Shown here: positions 38,589 through 50,853 of the stretch, one piece after another
How positions within the stretch are numbered: position 1 is the first letter of the stretch
Layout: each line of letters opens with the position of its first letter
Made by a program: the position numbers and the translations under genes
The notes under the pieces: model-generated
Database searches by the model: none
Seen by the model: only the letters and a program-made list of their open reading frames with translations
What the model was told of the DNA's origin: nothing
DNA from: Octopus sinensis
Lineage: Eukaryota
DNA: 64,000 nucleotides
Assembly (NCBI RefSeq): GCF_006345805.1
Contig: NC_043010.1
Span: 61,938,001-62,002,000 of the forward strand
Reading direction: 5' to 3'

Positions 38589-40601
38589 GCAGGTATATGT
38601 ATGTATATATATATATGTGTGTGTGTGTGTATGTACGTATGTACATATATACATCTATATAAAAACATACGCGCGCGCACACACACACACAAGAGATTTC
38701 CTTCCCGTTCACAGTAAAACTTATTCAAAAAAGACCGACCCATTTCCCCTCATAGCAGTTATGAGAAAATTAAAAGACCAACAGTCTGTCCTGATTTACC
38801 TCCCTTGCAAAATTCTCTCTTTCCCTGCGAACCGTAAGCCAGACAGCTGCAGCTGCTGCTGCTACTGTCGCTATTTAACTCCAGGTCGGCTCTGAACGAG
38901 CACACTTCTGAGCAGACGACACGCCATGGTTTGGCAAGCCTTTGATTATAGGTCTACTTGATCAAAGTCGACCTGGAGCCAAGCAGCAACAACAATTATA
39001 TGAGTCAACAACATCTTCATATCATTGCTTGATCTGTTATTAATAGCTGCCAAATCTCTCTCTATCAAACAACGGCAGTAATTTTATTCAGCTGAATACA
39101 CGTCATTGATTGGTTGAAATTAGCGAAATACAACAACTTTAACATGAAATAACTTCTTAACTATAAGCTTTTCTCAAGCATGCTAAGACACATTTTATAT
39201 GACACATTCTACCAGTGTCCGAAGTTTGAAAGTATTTGGTTACAAAAAATTATTTTTTAAATCTGTCGGTCAAAAGGTAAAAATCCAATTATAGTTGTAG
39301 ATATGCTTAGAAAGACGGGATGGTCACGGATAGACTACCTTTGATCGTATGCCTGCTCAGTGAGGGCTGATCCCTTCCTTCTTACCCTCCCCTCTTCTTT
39401 CTTTCTTGGTTCCTCAACACCTGATGGGATTGTAGAGGTGCCATTGCAACATCTATCATCATCATCATTATCATCATCATCATCATCATCTTAAACCACC
39501 CACCATCACCACCATCCTCCTGCTCCTCCTCATCGTTGTTGTCATCATTTTAACGTCCATTTTTCAATACCTGCATGGGTCAGATGGAATTTGTTGAGAC
39601 AGAATTTCTACGACCAGATGCTCTTCCTGTTATCACGACTCCCCTCTATCGAACCAAGCAAGGATTATTTAGAAATAGCAGCCAAATCTCCCTCAAATAT
39701 CATTCTAAGAGGCTAGCACAGTGTGGTCTGTTTTATTCCATACATTCATTTCTTCATAAAGCAGAGACAGTGCCAACAATCCATACATGACCACCTGAAG
39801 AGACAAGAGGAGGAATAGGGGGGGGTGATGGAAGGGGGTCCTGGTCGGTGTAAGGATTAATTGTTGTGTAAAGGTGTACATACATGTCGTAGGTTCAAAT
39901 TAATGCAGAGGACGGTTATTGTGCACCCCAGTGGTTCTCAGACAGTCTGCCATTATGTACTGGTGTGCCACAAGGGTATCTAGATGGGCCACAGAGTTTT
40001 AAAATACAATTCAATCATCATCATCATCACCTTCATTTAACGTCCGCTTTCCATGCTAGCATGGGTTGGACGTTTTGACTGAGGTCTGGCGAACTAGATG
40101 GTTGCACCAAGCTCCATTCTTGATCAGGCAGAGTTTCTACAGCTGGATGCCCTTCCTAACGCCAACCACTCCGAGAGTGTAGTGGATGCTTTTACATGCC
40201 ACCGGCACAGGGGCCAGTAAGGTGATGCTGGTAACGATCACTTCGAATGGTACCTTTTATGTGCCACTGGCACGGAGGCCAGTTGGCCAGTTAGCCACTC
40301 TGGCAACGATCACGCTCGGATGAGGCTCTTAACACCCTACTAGCATGGGGCTCGAGATATATATACATACATATATATACACATATATATGTGTATATAT
40401 ATGTATGTATAGTTAAGCTTAGTACTTATTCTATCGGACACTTTTGCCAAACTGCTAAGTTACAGGGACATAAATACACCAATATTGGTTGTCAAGCGTT
40501 GGTTGGTGGGGACAAACACAGATACACAAATACATATATACAACAGGCTTTTTCATATATATATATATATATGTATGTATACACACACACACACACAAAA
40601 T

Positions 40602-40654
<53 letters not shown>

Positions 40655-40994
40655 GTGTGTGTGTGTGTTTCCCTTGCATTTGCTGGTTTGTAAACAATGG
40701 CTCCTGGCCAGTTGGCTTGTAGTCCAGCACAAAAGGATATCTTGTCTTTCTGATACGTCTTGACATGTTGTTTCATCTTTGTAAAACAAAAGCGGAAATT
40801 GTGCAGTAGAAGATGGTGGTGGGGGGAGAGGAACAGTTTGTACAACCCAGGCCAAATGGTATGTTTAGCCATGCCTTGCAGACAGGATTGTAAAGACATT
40901 ACCATGGAGAAAGGCCAACAACAGCCACCCCACCTTAGAGGCCTCGTTTCTCAGACAAGCTACAATTACAGTTCTATAGTTAAGAGATGAGGAA

Positions 40995-41137
40995 TTATTT
41001 ACATTATTTACATTTGATGGATATTTGTCCTCATCTTGTTTGTTGTTAACACATTTCGGCTGATATACTATCCAGCCTTCATTAGGTGTCGTGGGGATAT
41101 TTTGAACCTGTGTTCTCATTCCTAAGGTATTTTTTGA

Positions 41138-41172
<35 letters not shown>

Positions 41173-41454
41173 TCACCGAGTTCGATTCCAGGCAGTGACT
41201 TGAATAATGATGATGATGAGAAGAAGAAGAAGAAGAAGAAGAAGAAGAAGAAGAAGAAGAAGAAGAAGAAGAAGAAGAAGAAGAAGAAGAAGAAGAAGAA
41301 GAAGAAGAACATTGAAAAATACCTTAGGAATGAGAACCCAGGTTTGAAGTTTCCCCAAGACACCTGATGAAGGCTGGAAGGTATATCAGCCGAAACGTGT
41401 TAACAACAAACAAGATGAGGACAAATATCCATCAAATGTAAATAATGTAAATAA
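40995..41454. mobile_element. Head-to-head inverted pair of 5'-truncated SINE-P copies; the right copy has a (GAA)n expansion
   Basis: 40995-41176 (-) and 41177-41454 (+) share the about 140-bp tail as an inverted repeat. About 30 GAA units lie at about 41219-41308. Confidence 0.85.
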
Positions 41455-42129
41455 AGTTACAATTATCCCAATTTTTCAGAAGAAATGGGAAGTGTTGAAG
41501 TCTAAGAACACCTGGGGTCTTGACGGTGACCCTCACAAACTGACAGCAGTTGGTCAGGTTCCTGTATTCATTTTGTTACTCTCTTGCAGGCAGACATTTT
41601 ATTTCCATATATTCTTGTTTCAATTCTTTGATCTTTTGACCTGTATTTTGACCCTGTTGGTAGGAACAGCTTTGTCATGTATTCATATTGAAGCAGCTGC
41701 TTTTTTTCATGTTTATACCTTTAGTGTTTAAACCGGCCATATCCAACCCAAATATTCTACATGTTCTACATTCAAACTGGCCATATCTAGCCTCTCACAC
41801 CTAACCTACATTGACATTCTAAAAATAAACAATGACATCATTGAAACCCCAAAGCTAGAAGATAATGCTTGATTAATTCAAAACAATTTGCATGAAAAAA
41901 GACTCACATTTAATAGAGAAATCTGAACACCAAAGGGTTATATGAACATCACCGAGACAAGTGATTCAAATTTCTTGTATGGATGAGTAATGGGAAGCAG
42001 GAGACAGAATTGGGTGCTAGAATTGCAAGCGCTGGTACAATAATGCACTGGTTCCAGTATTCAGTCTGCAGAAAATGAGGCAAAAAGCCAAACTTATGTT
42101 CAGTTCAGCTTTTGTGCTGACCTAAGGTT

Positions 42130-42475
42130 TCAACTGCTGGGTAACGACTGAAAGAGTATGATCATGAATGCAAGTGGCCAAAATGGGGTTCCCCTGAGGG
42201 ATTTTTTAATGATGTTATTTGACAGGGAGCACAGCTTGGAGATTAGGGAGTCTCTCCAGACCAAGCTGCTCTTCTCCTCATTGAAGGGTTCTCAGCTCTG
42301 GTACTACAGACCTGATCAGAATGATGCAGAAAAGAACCGCAAGAAAATCCTTCAAGTTGAGCCAATCAGCAGGAGACCTAGGGGTAAGACCAAAAAGGGG
42401 ATTGTTAGATAATATCCGCAGTCTCGGATGGTCATGTTTGGGAATCCAACTGGAAAATGTAAAGAGTTACTTCTG
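42130..42475 (+). mobile_element. Degenerate Expander/Rex3-like (RTE clade) RT C-terminal fragment
   Basis: Decayed translation WV.TERV...MGF...LEIRESL...GSQLW...RRPRGKT...LGW..LGI matches the RTE/Expander C-terminal pattern. Confidence 0.6.
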
Positions 42476-42837
42476 AGAGGGTCCTAAGGAGGAGGAGGTG
42501 TTTGGGGATTCTACCCACCATCAGCATCCCAAGATTAGTGGACAGAAAAGATGGATGGATGGTTTATTATCAATATTAAACATCTGTTTTCCTATTCTAG
42601 TTTAGTTTCGGTCGGCCTATCATACAGTATTTCAATTTTTGAACTCAACTCATTTTTTCTTTTCATGGCTACACTCCATCAAGAACACCCAACATTCAAT
42701 GCCTGTGTAATGCCACTTGTCTTTCGGACATGTTCTTCAGCTGAAACATTTAATACCCAACTCACATGTAGACCAACATCAACCTCCAATGGATCAGATT
42801 TACTTCACATTTCTCCAGTCTCAACAGAGTTTCTACG

Positions 42838-42935
42838 AACTGCACCTATACCTCCCTCCCATGGAGCACAAACTGCACCTATACCTCCCTCCCATGGAGC
42901 ACAAACTCCACCCACATCCTTGCCATGGAGTACCA
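42838..42935 (+). repeat. 33-bp tandem repeat (2 exact units plus 1 diverged)
   Basis: aactgcacctatacctccctcccatggagcaca at 42838 and 42871. Confidence 0.9.
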
Positions 42936-43104
42936 CAGGTCTTACACATGCTTCTCACAGTTACTCTTTCTCAACAAAACAGAAACCCCTTGTTCATAAC
43001 CCTAAAATTCCCTAAATGTCTTCTCTCCCTCTATTATGCAATCATTACAGCAACCCCTTACCTTTATTTAGATGGAAACACTAACTACCATCCATTAGTT
43101 AGTG

Positions 43105-43375
43105 TAACCTCTCGAAAGAGCTGTTCTTCACTCCTGCTCCAGAGCGTCGGCTGCGGGGTCACTCCGAAAAGCTCTATCTGCGACGATTTCATCGCAATCG
43201 AGGAGAGGGGCTTTCTCAGTCCGGGTTGCAGATCCGTGGAATAAGCTGCCGGACAAGATAGTGAAGATGCCGACGACCGCTCGGTTCAAAGTCTCCCTTG
43301 ACCACAAGTGGCCTGAACTCTTTACATGAACACCACCCCATACATAACTCCATGTCCCCCTACATGACCTTGTTT
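43105..43375 (+). mobile_element. CR1-clade LINE 3' end
   Basis: ELFFTPAPERRLRGHSEKLYLRRFHRNR / RGAFSVRVADPWNKLPDKIVKMPTTARFKVSLDHKWPELFT* with one frameshift. The LRGH..KL, WN.LP and FK..LD motifs are present and CpGs are retained. Confidence 0.8.
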
Positions 43376-44473
43376 TTTGCTTTTTGAGCCAAAAAATTAA
43401 CTAACTAACTAAATTATTTCTTGTAAACCACATGAAGAATTCTTGGATCTCCTTTCAAGAATGTTGCTAGCCACAACTTTGTGCCCCTCACATCAAAAGT
43501 CCTGGGTCAGGCTCCGACTGGCAAAGAGCCTCCATTTTCTTTTGGATTTCTGTTGCTGGTACTGAATTTGATGTGTGGCCGTGAGTGTGATGTATAGGTG
43601 CAGGCATGGTGGAGTGGTAAGAAATTTGTATCCCAACCACATAGTTCTGGGTTCAGTCTCACTACATGGCACCTAGGGCAAATGTCTTCTACTAAAGCCC
43701 CAGGCTGACCAAAGCATTGGGAGTGGATTTGGTGGGCAGAAACTGAAAGAAGCCCATCAATGTGTGTGTGTGTCTTTTTTTCTATGTTTATCATGCACTG
43801 TTACTTGACAACTGGTGTTGGTGTGTTTATGTCCCTATAGCTTAAAGGTTCAGTAAAAATGATCAATAGAAATACCAGTTTTAAAAAAATTAAGGACTGG
43901 GTTCAATTCATTTGATTAAAAGTCTTCAAGGTGCAGACACAAGTCAAAGATAAAATATATATGTATGCATGCATGTATGCACGCATGTATGTATGTATGT
44001 ATGTATGTATGTATGTATGTATGTATGTATGTATGTATGTATGTATGTATGTATGTATGTATGTATGTATGTATGTATGTGTGTGTGTGTGTATGTATGT
44101 GTGTATGTATGTATGTAATGTATGTATGTATGTATGTATGTATGTATATATGTGTGTGTGTATGTATGTATGTATGTTGTATGTATGTATGTATGTATGT
44201 ATGTATGTATGTATGTATGTATAGTGAGAATTTACAAAAAAACAAAAGACGAAGATGGGAGGTGAGAAAGTCTTTTATGTTTTGAGCCTTTGCTCTTTGA
44301 CAGAAAGGAACACAGAAATAAACAGGGAGAGAAAATAGAAAAGGGTTTAGTGGCTAGCGATCTATCATGGTAAATGATTATATATATAATAATAATATTA
44401 GGGAGTAAATCCAAACTTACAGGGAAAAATTAGATTTAGGATTAAATCTAATTTTACAGTATAAATATATATG

Positions 44474-44726
44474 TATATATTAAATTAGAGATAAAACCAC
44501 TATTAGGCAAATCAAACAGTGAAAAACATAAACCGAAACATAGAAATAAAATTAATATAATATACAAAATATATAAAATATAAAATTCAAAATTTAAAAT
44601 AGATTTTGAATTTTATATTTTATATATTTTGTATATTATACTAATTAATTTTATTTCTATGTTTTGGTTTATGTTTTTCACTGTTTGATTTGGCTAATAG
44701 TGGTTTTATCTCTAATTTAATATATA
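44474..44726. repeat. Near-perfect AT-rich palindrome, arms about 120 bp, 9-nt loop
   Basis: 44474-44593 versus 44603-44726. It is preceded by a 13-bp perfect hairpin at 44426-44455. Confidence 0.95.
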
Positions 44727-44754
44727 TATATACACACACATACATATATATGTA

Positions 44755-45507
44755 CAGGGTGATTTAAGTCTCCATATATTGGAAAATTTTATTTCTTTAT
44801 AAGAAACAGTTTATAAGGCCTCCTAGATCCCCTGATCTGACCTCTCTTGATTGCTATCTTTGGGGGCATTTGAAAGGCATGGTGTAGTGTGGCAAGATAA
44901 AAGACCTAAATCATTTGAAGGAACGTATCACCAACTCATTTGCACAAGTATCACCAAATGTGATATTACGTGTTCACAATGAGTGGGGTAAACGTATTGC
45001 AATGTGTATTCAAAACAACGGTAGCCATATAGAAACTTTACTCTTTTACTTGTTTCAGTCATTTGACTGCGGCCATGCTGGAGCACCGCCTTTAGTCAAG
45101 CAACTCGACCCTGGGACTTATTCTTTGTAAGCCCAGTACTTATTCTATCGGTCTCTTTTGCCGAACCGCTAAGTGACGGGGACGTAAACACACCAGCATC
45201 GGTTGTCAAGCAATGCTAGTGGGACAAACACAGAGACACAAACACACACACATACATATATACGACAGGCTTCTTTCAGTTTCCGTCTACCAAATCCACT
45301 CACAAGGCATTGGTCGGCCCAGAGCTATAGCAGAAGACACTTGCCCAAGATGCCACGCAGTGGGACTGAACCCGGAACCATGTGGTTGGTTAGCAAGCTA
45401 CTTACCACACAGCCACTCCTGCGCCTATTAAAAAAACTGTTCTTATAAACAGTTTTTTATAAAAAAGATAAATTGTTCCTATGTATGGCGACTTTTGAAT
45501 CTCCTTG
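44755..45507 (+). mobile_element. Internally deleted Tc1/mariner element with imperfect TIRs and an inserted SINE
   Basis: TA|cagggtgatttaagtctccat ... atggcgacttttgaatctccttg|TA. It encodes PPRSPDLTSLDCYLWGHLKGMV...HLKERITNSF...RIAMCIQNNGSHIE. A SINE A copy lies at 45037-45425. Confidence 0.85.
45037..45425 (-). mobile_element. SINE family A, full length, inside a Tc1/mariner element
   Basis: Reverse complement of family A. Confidence 0.9.
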
Positions 45508-45703
45508 TAGATTGATCTGCAGAGTGTAAAATGTGTCATGACACATTCAGACAACTTCAGTTGAAGAAAAAGAACAGTAGAAGAATTCTACCCTGCAACC
45601 AACAGACACATTTGCCCAATCCCAGGCAAAACCCAAATCCTCAATGACCCCCATTGTGACTTCATAGCAAAATCCACACCTCAACTGAAATTACATTCAC
45701 ACA

Positions 45704-46127
45704 GGCGCAGGAGTGGCTGTGTGGTAAGTAGCTTGTTTACCAACCACATGGTTCCGGGTTCAGTCCCACTGCGTGGCACCTTGGGCAAGTGTCTTCTACT
45801 ATAGCCTTGGGCCGACCAATGCCTTGTGAGTGGATTTGGTAGATGGAAACTGAAAGAAGCCCGTCGTATATATATGTATATATATATATATGTATATATA
45901 TGCGTGTGTGTGTTTGTGTGTCTGTGTTTGTCCCCCTAGCATTGCTTGACAACCGATGCTGGTGTGTTTATGTCCCCGTTACTTAGCGGTTCGGCAAAAG
46001 AGACCGATAGAATAAGTACTGGGCTTACAAAAGAATAAGTCCCGGGGGTTGAGTTGCTCAATTAAAGGCGGTGCTCCAGCATGGCCGCAGTCAAATGACT
46101 GAAACAAGTAAAAGAGATTAAAGAGAG
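45704..46127 (+). mobile_element. SINE family A, full length
   Basis: Family A. Further copies or fragments lie at about 216-650, 5009-5775, 21826-22190, 35716-35828, 38216-38437, 40415-40560, 43597-43935, 48355-48470, 49985-50735, 57788-58420, 61080-61463, 62168-62312 and 63695-64000. Confidence 0.9.
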
Positions 46128-46531
46128 TATCCATCGCAAACAGACACAGCTTCTTAGCTTTTCTTTCTTTCTTTCTTTCTAATACTCTCTTCAACCTTTA
46201 GTCCTCTCCTTCAAACACTCATACGTCGAAACTGACTGAAGCGACCATCAAAGAGGAAAGGGAAATCCATGAATCACTCACATGGATTACAACATAAATC
46301 CCAAGGGATAAATGAAGGATATCGTCTGCACACCAGGATATCACTTGATGAGGCTGCTGCTAAAACATGGCAGCAATTGACAATGATATTTTTCTCGGCT
46401 GATTACCTGAATAACTGGAGTTTTCTGGGAAAAACCTTTCTCATTCAACCAGCAACCCAAACATGACTCACCCTTCTATTATTCAAACATGTCTCTGCAA
46501 CCGACTTAATCCAGTCTGCTTATCTGTTTAA

Positions 46532-46751
46532 CCCTTTAGTGTTCAAACCGGCCATATCCTGCCCAATATATTCAACATGTTTTATATTTGAACTAGCCAT
46601 ATCTGGCCTCTCACACCTACCCTACAATGTCATTCTAAAAATAAATAATCACATCATGGAAACCCGAAAGCTGTGAGATAATGCATGATTAATTCAAAAC
46701 AATTTGAGTGAAAAAGCATTACATTCAACAGAGTAATCTGAATGCTAAAGG
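46532..46751. mobile_element. Second piggyBac-like MITE family (other copies at about 16389-16585, 41718-41937 and 52878-53402)
   Basis: TTAA|ccctttag ... ctaaagg|TTAA. The shared body tctcacacctaccctacaatgtcattctaaaaataaa...gattaattcaaaacaat occurs in all copies. Confidence 0.7.
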
Positions 46752-49183
46752 TTAAGGTGTTACTTTCAAGTTTGAGGCAGATTTAGCTGCCACAACCCTC
46801 ATGTCCCCTACGTAGTCAGACACCTTCCCTTTCTCACTAATTCCCCCTAATGAACAGGTTTTCCTTGTCTTTATTTCCTTCGTAGCAGAGGCTTGTGGCC
46901 TAGTGGTTAGGGTGTTGGACTGACGATTGCTTGAGCATGGGTTCGATTCCTAAACCAGGCAGCATGTTGTGTTCTTGAGCAAAACCCTTCATTTCATGTT
47001 CCTCCAGTCCACTCAGTCGTAAATGGGTCGCACCGTGGCACACTGACCTTCTGATAAGGGCAGATGTTGGCCTGCTTGCCCAGCCAGCAGGGTGGCATCA
47101 TTCAAAGACTAAAACAATGCCAAGCGCATTGTGACCAGTGATATATCCCATCCAACATTCAGGTTGATCATGTGATCTCCTTCATAACGTTCCACACCAA
47201 ACTGAAACCCCAGTCCTTGGCCCGTCAGTTGTATTCCTCTAGACCCTTTCTATCCCATTCAATATTCTCTTGTCCTAAAGTGATAAACTGGCAGAAACAT
47301 TAGCACATCAAGTGAAATGCTCAGCGGTATTTCGTCTGCCGCTACGTTCCGAGTTCAAATTCTGCCAAGATCGACTTTACCTTTCATCCTTTCGGGGTCG
47401 ATATAATCAACTTAATCCGTTTATCTGTCCTTGTTTGTCCCCTCTATGTTTAGCCCCTTGTGGGTAGTAAAGAAATAGGTATTTCGTCTGTCTTTACATT
47501 CTGAGTTCAAATTCCGCTGAGGTTGACTTTGCCTTTCATCCTTTCGGGGCCTTTAAATTAAGTACCAATTGCATACTGGGGTCGATCTAATCAACTGGCC
47601 CCCTCCCCAAAATCTTATGCCTACAGTAGAACAGAATACTATCTTATAGTAACATTGTTAAGATGTTCTATTACAATGTAAACATTCTCCAGTCACTTCT
47701 ACCCTATCTCTCCTCATAGGAAACTTCCTCCACCCACCCACCCACTCAATCCAATCCTCTGTAGCACTACACTTATATCCACCTCCCACTGTACCTCAAG
47801 GGCAAGTCTCAACACATTTATTTCTCTTTCTCTTTTCCAACTGGAGTTGCCATGTATCTCCTCTACAGCAAGATAAACATGCCTGTCCCTCTATCAGACT
47901 CTCTCTTCAACTGGCACAAAGCCTCAATACAATTCCCTGTCTCAGTTGAAGGGGTCTTTGTCTTGCAAGTTACATGGTGACCCCACTAGTGCTGGTGCCA
48001 CATAAAAAGCACCCAGTCCACACTCTGTCAAGTGGTTGGTGTTAGGAAGGGCATCCAGCCAGAGAAACCATACCAAAGCAGATGACAGAGCCTGTGCTGT
48101 CCTCTGGCATGGCAGCTCCTGTGAAACAGTCCAACCATGCCAGCATGGAAGATAGATGTTAAACAATGATGATGATGATGACAGATGGCGTACCCACTGC
48201 AACATGGTTCATAATTCACCCTTCAGTACAGTAGAGTGTCACTCCGCTTATACAGCAGTCACACATACACGGCACATAAACTGGTTTGTAACACATTTCT
48301 CCATTCAGTGGTGTGTCACACATTCTCCATACAATGGTGTTATACAACTGACCATACGTGGCATGCTGGTCAAGTGTCTTCTACTCTATAGCCTCAGGCC
48401 AACCAAAGTCTTGTTGAGTGGATTTCATAAATGGAAACTGAAAGAAGCCCATTGTATGTGTGTGTGTATATATATAAGTTAAGATAAACTCACCTGGAAA
48501 CTGATGCGTGGCGTTCAATCAAATAATAATATAAATAATATATATACACATGCATTCATATATGGGTGTACAGGACGTCACAAACAGTAAACAACATGAC
48601 ATACGAAAACAAATGAGTTGAATACGCAAACAATGAGAGAAACAAATGGAAAACAGAACAAGTAACATAAGGAACGACCCTTCATCAGTTGTCAGCTGTC
48701 TATTTACTCCTCATTTCGAACACTGAATGACAATATACATACATACATATATATATGTATGTATATATATATAAACAAGGATAAAATCATGTAAATGATA
48801 ATATCAAGTGGCCAACATGCTATAAAACTTTGTGGTTAAATTATCCTAAAATAATAATTATATTTCAGAGACCCCTTTTGGTCATAAATGACCATGGGAT
48901 TGCATTTGGAAAGTTACCCTCCCAAGCACAAGTCCGGGCAAGGTTGGATATGGAAGGCCTGCAGTCGCTCATGCATACCAGCTTCTTCTCTCTCCACGCC
49001 ATTGATGTTATCTAAGGGAAAAGCAAAGGGGCTGATACAGCTTGGCACCGGTGACATCACAGCTGAGTGAACTGGAGCAACGTAAAATAAAGTGTCTTGC
49101 TCAGGAATACAATACACAGCCCAGTCCAGGATTCAAACTCACAACCTCGTGGATGTAGTTCGACACTCTAACCACTGAGCCAT

Positions 49184-49376
49184 TTTAATGCATTTTTTCG
49201 CTATTATATAAGGGAAGTAACTCTCTAAAAATGTCTACGATGAGTCAACGATTTAAAAAAAAATTTACCATAATTTTTTTTCTATTTTTAATGCATTTTT
49301 TGGCTATAACTCTCTAAAAAATGCTTATATAGTTATTTCCCTTACAAACCCGAGCAACGCCGGGCGATACTGCTAG
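49184..49376 (+). mobile_element. Helitron 3' end (non-autonomous fragment)
   Basis: Subterminal hairpin cccgagcaacgccggg (49349-49364), 8-nt spacer, then terminal CTAG followed by T. There is an internal direct repeat tttttaatgcatttttt..ctat. Confidence 0.65.
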
Positions 49377-50761
49377 TATATATATAAGGGAACAGGATTA
49401 TGTTTCTATGATTATTGGTGCTGAGGATGGGAAATAAGATATTCTGTTGCTTTAATCTCGAAACTGGACCAACAGACAACTGACTGTGCAGTTTTATTTT
49501 CTACTTTTCATCTCCCTGTCTACAACCTGTATTTTTGCAGGAGCTTAAGGTGGTTTTATAACATTCTTTGGCAAAGCCTTACGACATGTTGGAGCAGGGT
49601 TTTGTCCAGTTGCCTTATATAATTTTATAATGTGTGTATATATATATATCATCATCATCATCATCGTTTAACGTCCGTTCTCCATGCTAGCACAGGTTGG
49701 ACGGTTCGACCGGGGATCTGGGAAGCCAGAAGGCTGCACCAGGCTCCAGTCTGATCTGACAATGTTTCTACAGCTGGATGCCCTTCCTAATACCAACCAC
49801 TCCGTGAGTGTAGTGAGTGCTTTTTACGTGCCACCTGCACAGGTGCCAGGCGAGGCTGGCAACGGCCACAGTCGGACTGGTGCATTTTACGTGCCACCGG
49901 CACGGAAGCCAGCCGAGGCGGCACTGGCATCGGCCACGATTCGGATAGTGCTTTTTACGTGATAATTACTGCTTTATGTATGTATCTATGTGTGTCTTTG
50001 TCCCCCTCACCATCGCTTGACAACTGATGCTGGTGCATTTACGTTCCTGTAACTTAGCAGTTCAGTAAAAGAGAGTGACAGAATAAGTACTAGGCTTACA
50101 ATGAATAAGTCCCATGGTTGATTTCTTCAACTAAAAGCCTTTGACAGAAACTAAAAGAATATACATTCTTTTTATTTGTTTCAGTCATATTACTGCGACC
50201 ATGCTGGAGCACCGCCTTTTGTCGAACAAGTCGATCCCAGAATTTATTCTTTGTAAGCCTAGTACTTATTCTATCGATCTCTTTTGCCGAACCACTAAGT
50301 TACAGGAACATAAACACACCAACATTGGTTGTCAAGCAATGGTAGGGTGGGGGAGACAAACACATATGTCGGGCTTCTTTCAGTGTCCATCTACCAAATC
50401 CACTCACAAGGCTTTGGTCACCCCAAGGCATTAGTGGAAGACACTTGCCCAAGGTGCCATGCAGTGGGACTGAACCCCAGAACCATGTGGTTGGGAAGCA
50501 AGCTTCTTACCACACAGCCATGCCTGCACCTATATATATATAAGTGTATGTGCCACCCCCCACCTGACCACCACCAGGTACTGGTGTTGGTGTGTTTACA
50601 TCCTGTAACTTGGCAGTTTGGCAAAAGCGACTGACAGACTTTAAAAACAAGTCTTGGGGTCCATTCATTTGACTTAAAGTTCCTCAAGGCAGTGCCCCAT
50701 CATGGCCACAGTCTAATGATTGAAACAAATTAAAAGTATAATATATAACAGTGTTACTTCT

Positions 50762-50853
50762 CCATGCAGTGGTGTCCCACACTCCCCATGCAGTAGTATC
50801 CCACACTCCCCATACAGTGGTATCCCCCACGCTCCATGCAGTGGTGTCCCACA
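50762..50853 (+). repeat. 24-bp minisatellite, about 4 units
   Basis: ccatgcagtggtgtcccacactcc starting at 50762, 50786, 50810 and 50834. Confidence 0.9.

Noticed and set aside
48660-48730. CTGATGAAGG on the minus strand as another hammerhead
   Set aside because: No GAAA follows the putative stem II and no stem I could be formed.
50762-50853. Regular short repeats as a possible CRISPR array
   Set aside because: Head-to-tail 24-bp units with no unique spacers, in eukaryotic context with no cas genes.
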